A stretch of 64,000 nt of DNA, taken from sequence record MK373774.1. One strand, given 5' to 3'. Position 1 is the first letter of the stretch, and every line of letters begins with the position of its first letter. The stretch comes from Escherichia phage vB_EcoM_WFL6982. The position numbers and the translations under genes were made by a program. The notes under the pieces were generated by a model. That model searched no databases. It was given only the letters and a program-made list of their open reading frames with translations, and was not told where the DNA came from. This document shows, in pieces, positions 57,114 to 64,000 of this stretch.

Positions 57114-58556
57114 ATGATCGAATTAAAAAGTCTACCATATGTTGATGGCCCTCCTGACGAGGGTCAAAAACGTTTAAACTGGATTAAAAATTCAGAAGAA
57201 ATAACTGGTGCTGACACGTTATATGGTTCTGAAGGAGTAATGAACCGTCCAATAACAGAAGTTCAACGAAATGTGGAAACAATTAACGATAATGTTAAGA
57301 CTATCGCAGAATCTTTAGATACCGCTAATGCCGATATTGCCACAATTAAAGGTATCTTGGATGTTTCTGGTGACGTAGATGCTTTAGCACAAATTGGACA
57401 TAACACTGATGATATTGAAGTATTAAAACACACTGTAAATTCACACAGTGTTGATATTTTAAACACTGAAGAAAAACTAGATGATACTATTGCTAATATC
57501 GGAGTAGTTAATCCAGAAACAGATTCGGTGTATCGTACGGTGCGTAACGACCTTCTTTGGATTAAAACCGAATTAGGGCAATATACTGGACAAGATATTA
57601 ATGGAGTCCCGACCGAAGGTAATGAAAGCACCGGGATGAAACGACGTATTATTACTAACAGCTCAGTGTTGGTTGACCAAGGCGTTCGTTTAACCGAGTT
57701 GGAAAATAAATTTGCCGATTCTGATGTTGGGGCTCTGACAACTGAAGTTGAAAACCTCCGCCAAGAAATGGGTCCTAGACCATCGTTAACAGTACCGGTT
57801 TACACTCGTTTATCTGGTATTGATTCATCCATTTCTATCCAAACCAGAGATATTGCGGCATTAAAAGATTTTGTTGGATATCCTAATTCAACCGCTATTA
57901 AAACTCAAGTCGAGGCCAATCGTCTTTCTATATCAACAATAAATTCAGACATTAACTCGCCTGGTGGTATTAAACCACGTTTGACAACGTTAGAAACTAC
58001 TATAGGCTCTCCAGATTTACCGACTACTCTTCAGGGTAAGATCAAATTAAATACCGATTCCATTTCAGGTATTAACACAGTTTTAGGTGTTGATTCTTCT
58101 AGTGGTTTACGTTTTAACGTAGCATGGCTTAATCAGGTGGTTGGCGTTGATTCAAATGGTGGACAACCTGAACCGGCTGGTTCACTTTTATATAGGACTC
58201 GTATTCTTGAAACTGGTGTTACTGACCTAGGCAATAACATTCAAAACGTTCAAACCGAATTGGGAACTAATTCGTCCGGTATTAAAGGACAAGTGACTAG
58301 TTTAAATAAACTTATAAGCGGCACTAACCCAAACGGTCAAACCATAGAAGAACGTGGTATATTGCCAACAGTTAAAAACCATGACACGACAATTACGGAT
58401 TTAACTACGCGTGTTACCACTTTGGAAACAGACCTTGCTGCAGCAGAAGCAGAAATTCAAGCCCTTAAAGAGGCCGGATATATCGAAGACGCTCCTTCAG
58501 ACGGTAAATTCTATGTTCGTAAAGATGGTGCTTGGGTTGAACTTCCTACAGCTTAA
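57114..58556 (+). CDS. wac: Fibritin (whisker antigen control, wac)
   Basis: 480 aa coiled-coil protein ending in the foldon GYIEDAPSDGKFYVRKDGAWVELPTA. Confidence 0.95.
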   Translation: MIELKSLPYVDGPPDEGQKRLNWIKNSEEITGADTLYGSEGVMNRPITEVQRNVETINDNVKTIAESLDTANADIATIKGILDVSGDVDALAQIGHNTDDIEVLKHTVNSHSVDILNTEEKLDDTIANIGVVNPETDSVYRTVRNDLLWIKTELGQYTGQDINGVPTEGNESTGMKRRIITNSSVLVDQGVRLTELENKFADSDVGALTTEVENLRQEMGPRPSLTVPVYTRLSGIDSSISIQTRDIAALKDFVGYPNSTAIKTQVEANRLSISTINSDINSPGGIKPRLTTLETTIGSPDLPTTLQGKIKLNTDSISGINTVLGVDSSSGLRFNVAWLNQVVGVDSNGGQPEPAGSLLYRTRILETGVTDLGNNIQNVQTELGTNSSGIKGQVTSLNKLISGTNPNGQTIEERGILPTVKNHDTTITDLTTRVTTLETDLAAAEAEIQALKEAGYIEDAPSDGKFYVRKDGAWVELPTA

Positions 58557-58561
58557 TGAAA

Positions 58562-58577
58562 AGGGCCTTCGGGCCCT
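58562..58577 (+). other. Intercistronic hairpin (6-bp stem, UUCG loop) between wac and gene 13
   Basis: agggcc-ttcg-ggccct; same stem sequence as the hairpin near 22572. Approximate coordinates. Confidence 0.5.
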
Positions 58578-58588
58578 AAAGGATTTAT

Positions 58589-59515
58589 ATGTCAGGTTAT
58601 AATGCACAAAACCCTAAAGAATTAAAGGATGTAATATTACGTCGTTTAGGCGCTCCTATTGTAAATGTTGAATTAACTACAGACCAAATTTATGATTGTA
58701 TTTCACGGGCGTTAGAACTTTATGGTGAATATCATTTTGACGGATTGAATAAAGGTTTTCACGTATTTTTTGTTGATGACGAAGAAAAATACCGTCACGG
58801 CGTATTTGATATGCGCGGTTCTAATGTATTTGCTGTAACAAGAATTATAAGAACAAACGTTGGCTCTATTACTTCAATGGATGGTAATGCAACTTATCCT
58901 TGGTTCACTGATTTCCTTTTAGGAATGGCAGGTGTTTCTGGTGGTATGGGTAGTAATTGTGGTAAATTCTACGGTCCGAACGCTTTTGGTGCCGACCTCG
59001 GGTATTATTCTCAATTAGTATCTTATATGGGTATGCTTCAAGATATGATTGCTCCTCTTCCAGATTTTTGGTTTAACTCTGCAAACGAGCAATTAAAAGT
59101 AATGGGTAACTTTAGACAGAAAGATGTCATTATCGTTGAATCGTATGTTCGCTCTTATATCGAGACCCATAAGATGGTAGGAAATACAGTAGGGTACGGT
59201 CAGGTCGGTCCTCGTGATTCATGGTCTATTTCTGAACGTTATGATAATCCAGACCATAATTTGGTAGGACGTCGAGTTGGTGAAGATCCTGCAACCAAAC
59301 AAGGCGCATATAACAACCGCTGGGTTAAAGATTATGCAACTGCATTAGCTAAAGAGCTTAATGGACAAATTCTTGCTAAACATCAAGGTATGATGTTACC
59401 GGGTGGCGTCACTGTTGATGGTGTTCGATTAATTGAAGAAGCTCGTTTAGAGAAGGAAGCTTTACGAGAAGAGTTATATTTACTGGACCCTCCTGCAGGT
59501 ATTTTGGTAGGTTAA
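58589..59515 (+). CDS. 13: Neck protein gp13
   Basis: 308 aa, T4 gp13 length and position. Confidence 0.9.
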   Translation: MSGYNAQNPKELKDVILRRLGAPIVNVELTTDQIYDCISRALELYGEYHFDGLNKGFHVFFVDDEEKYRHGVFDMRGSNVFAVTRIIRTNVGSITSMDGNATYPWFTDFLLGMAGVSGGMGSNCGKFYGPNAFGADLGYYSQLVSYMGMLQDMIAPLPDFWFNSANEQLKVMGNFRQKDVIIVESYVRSYIETHKMVGNTVGYGQVGPRDSWSISERYDNPDHNLVGRRVGEDPATKQGAYNNRWVKDYATALAKELNGQILAKHQGMMLPGGVTVDGVRLIEEARLEKEALREELYLLDPPAGILVG

Positions 59516-59516
59516 T

Positions 59517-60281
59517 ATGGCAACTTATGATAAAAATCTTTTCGCCAAGCTAGAAAATCGTGGTGGGTATTCTCAGACAAATGAGACCGAAATCCTCAAT
59601 CCATTTGTCAATTTTAATAACTATGAGAATAGTCAGACATTAGCCGATGTTCTAGTGGCAGAAAGCATACAGATGCGCGGTATTGAGTGTTTTTATGTTC
59701 CACGTGAATATGTTGCCGTGGACCTTATCTTTGGTGAGGACCTTAAAAATAAATTTACTAAAGCATGGAAATTTGCTGCATATCTGAACTCTTTTGAAGG
59801 TTATGAAGGAGCGAAATCGTTCTTCAGCAACTTCGGAATGCAAGTTCAAGACGAAGTTACATTATCTATTAACCCGGGTCTTTTCAAACACCAGGTCAAC
59901 AATCAGGAGCCCAAGGAAGGTGATTTAATATACTTCCCAATGGATAACAGTTTGTTTGAGATTAACTGGGTTGAACCATATGACCCATTCTATCAAGTAG
60001 GTAAAAATGCGATTCGTAAAATTACTGCAGGCAAGTTTATTTACTCTGGCGAAGAAATCAATCCGGTGCTTCAGAAAAATGAAGGTATCAATATACCTGA
60101 ATTTAGTGACTTGGAACTTAACCCTGTTAGAAATCTTGACGGTATCCATGACATTAATATCGATGAATATTCTGAAGTTGAGCAAATCAATTCAGAGGCA
60201 AGTGAATACGTTGAACCGTACGTAGTAGTTAACAACCGTGGTAGACAAAATTCACCATTTGACGATGGGTTTATGAATTAA
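59517..60281 (+). CDS. 14: Neck protein gp14
   Basis: 254 aa, T4 gp14 length and position. Confidence 0.9.
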   Translation: MATYDKNLFAKLENRGGYSQTNETEILNPFVNFNNYENSQTLADVLVAESIQMRGIECFYVPREYVAVDLIFGEDLKNKFTKAWKFAAYLNSFEGYEGAKSFFSNFGMQVQDEVTLSINPGLFKHQVNNQEPKEGDLIYFPMDNSLFEINWVEPYDPFYQVGKNAIRKITAGKFIYSGEEINPVLQKNEGINIPEFSDLELNPVRNLDGIHDINIDEYSEVEQINSEASEYVEPYVVVNNRGRQNSPFDDGFMN

Positions 60282-60330
60282 TAAATAGATAAGATAAAGC
60301 AAACACCGGTCGAAAGGCCGGTTAGGAGAA

Positions 60331-61155
60331 ATGATGTTTGGCTATTTTTACAACTCGTCGTTCAGGCGATATATCACAATGATGGGCGATTTGTTTTCAA
60401 ATATCCAAGTTAACCGTCAATTGTCTACAGGCAATAAATTAATTAGAGTTCCTATTACGTATGCATCTAAAGAGCACTTTATGATGAAACTTAATAAATG
60501 GACCTCTATAAACTCACAAGAAGATGTGGCTAAAGTCGAAACTATTCTACCACGTATAAATCTCCAAATGGTAGATTTCGTTTATAACCCAACGTTTAAA
60601 ACGAATATATTGAATAACTCTCTTTTGAGTAAATCGACTAAGGATATTGTAGATCAATACAACCCATCACCAATTAAAATGATTTTTGAACTGAGCATCT
60701 TTACTCGTTATGAAGATGATATGTTCCAAATCGTTGAGCAAATTATTCCATATTTTCAGCCGCATTTTAATACGACTATGATTGAGCAATATGGGCAGGA
60801 TATTCCATTTGAAAGGGATATTAAAGTCGTATGGATGGCAGCAGCAATGGATGAACAAATAGACGGTGATAATTTATCTCGTCGACGTTTAGAGTGGTCA
60901 TTAACATTTGAAGTAAATGGATGGATGTATCCTCCGGTAGGCGCAGCAGAAGGCCTTATTAAAACGACTTATCTTGATTTTCATGCTAATGAACGAGACC
61001 TTCAAACAGCCGCCCGCGTTTTTGAATCAGTTGATACAGAAATTAAACCGAGAGACGTTGAAGCACAAGATTGGAATGGTGAAGTTGAACAAACTTATAC
61101 TCATGATATTCCAATCCCTACTCCACCAACCCCTCCTGGTCCTAGAAAACAATAA
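60331..61155 (+). CDS. 15: Tail completion / sheath terminator gp15
   Basis: 274 aa (M)MFGYFYNSSFRRYITMMGDLFSNIQ...; T4 gp15-like. Confidence 0.9.
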   Translation: MMFGYFYNSSFRRYITMMGDLFSNIQVNRQLSTGNKLIRVPITYASKEHFMMKLNKWTSINSQEDVAKVETILPRINLQMVDFVYNPTFKTNILNNSLLSKSTKDIVDQYNPSPIKMIFELSIFTRYEDDMFQIVEQIIPYFQPHFNTTMIEQYGQDIPFERDIKVVWMAAAMDEQIDGDNLSRRRLEWSLTFEVNGWMYPPVGAAEGLIKTTYLDFHANERDLQTAARVFESVDTEIKPRDVEAQDWNGEVEQTYTHDIPIPTPPTPPGPRKQ

Positions 61156-63481
<2,326 letters not shown>

Positions 63482-63508
63482 AAATAAAGCAAATTAAGAG
63501 GAATTAAA

Positions 63509-64000
63509 ATGGCACTTCTCTCTCCGGGCGTTGAGCTCAAAGAAACTACCGTACAGAGTACGGTAGTTAATAACTCCACTGGTACTGCTGCCCTGGCTGG
63601 AAAATTCCAATGGGGGCCGGCATTCCAGATTAAACAAATCACTGATGAAGTTGCATTAGTTGATATGTTTGGTACTCCTAATACGGATACAGCAGATTAT
63701 TTCATGTCTGCTATGAACTTCCTTCAATATGGTAATGACCTTCGTGTTGTACGCGCAGTTGATCGTGATACTGCTAAGAACTCATCTCCTGTGGCAGGAA
63801 ACATTAATTTTACTATTTCTTCGGCTGGCACCAACTACAGAGTCGGTGATAAAGTTGTAGTTAAATATTCTACAGATATTATCGAACCAGACGGTGAAGT
63901 TACTTCAGTTGATTCTGACGGTAAAATTTTGAATATCTTTATTCCTTCAGGTAAAATTATCGCTAAAGCGAAAGAAATCGGCGAATATCCTGAATTAGGT
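63509..64000 (+). CDS. 18: Tail sheath protein gp18, N-terminal part; gene continues beyond window end
   Basis: MALLSPGVELKETTVQSTVVNNSTGTAALAGKFQWGPAFQIKQITDEV... matches the T4 gp18 N-terminus; no stop before the window end. Confidence 0.9.
   Translation, partial: MALLSPGVELKETTVQSTVVNNSTGTAALAGKFQWGPAFQIKQITDEVALVDMFGTPNTDTADYFMSAMNFLQYGNDLRVVRAVDRDTAKNSSPVAGNINFTISSAGTNYRVGDKVVVKYSTDIIEPDGEVTSVDSDGKILNIFIPSGKIIAKAKEIGEYPELG

Noticed and set aside
44333-60858. Minus-strand track ORFs inside the late structural genes (for example 44333..44545, 48414..48599, 54148..54447, 56467..56673, 59652..59849)
   Set aside because: Embedded antisense in conserved baseplate, fibre and neck genes; no promoters or ribosome sites seen; treated as spurious.

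Overview
This window is a T4-like (T-even, Tevenvirinae) phage genome segment, gene-for-gene collinear with the T4 map from gene 43 to gene 18. Minus strand, ~1-42,900: DNA polymerase gp43 N-terminal part, regA, clamp loader 62/44, clamp 45, rpbA, recombination nuclease 46/47, late sigma 55, nrdH/nrdG/nrdD (nrdD uninterrupted), endo VII (49), nrdC, an accessory early region (~15.5-39 kb) packed with small ORFs, then rI, tk, regB, denV, lysozyme e, nudE, two tRNAs, Acb1 (57B), 57A, and genes 1, 3, 2, 4. Plus strand, ~42,960-64,000: late morphogenesis module 53, 5, 5.1, 5.4, 6-12, wac, 13-17 and the start of 18, with TATAAATA late promoters. Identifications rest on reading the translated ORFs against remembered T4 protein sequences and motifs; no database search was run. 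Coordinates of non-ORF features (promoters, hairpins, tRNAs) were read by eye and may be off by 1-2 bp. The track translates TTG/GTG starts as M, so several true starts are uncertain. The most interesting material is in the accessory region: a TARG1-like macro domain gene, a membrane-protein/nucleotidyltransferase/ATPase locus, three tandem small paralogs sharing a C-terminal WVxSSxxC motif, several capsid-targeted internal-protein genes, a tRNA-like element lacking an anticodon arm, and early promoters embedded in dyad symmetry.
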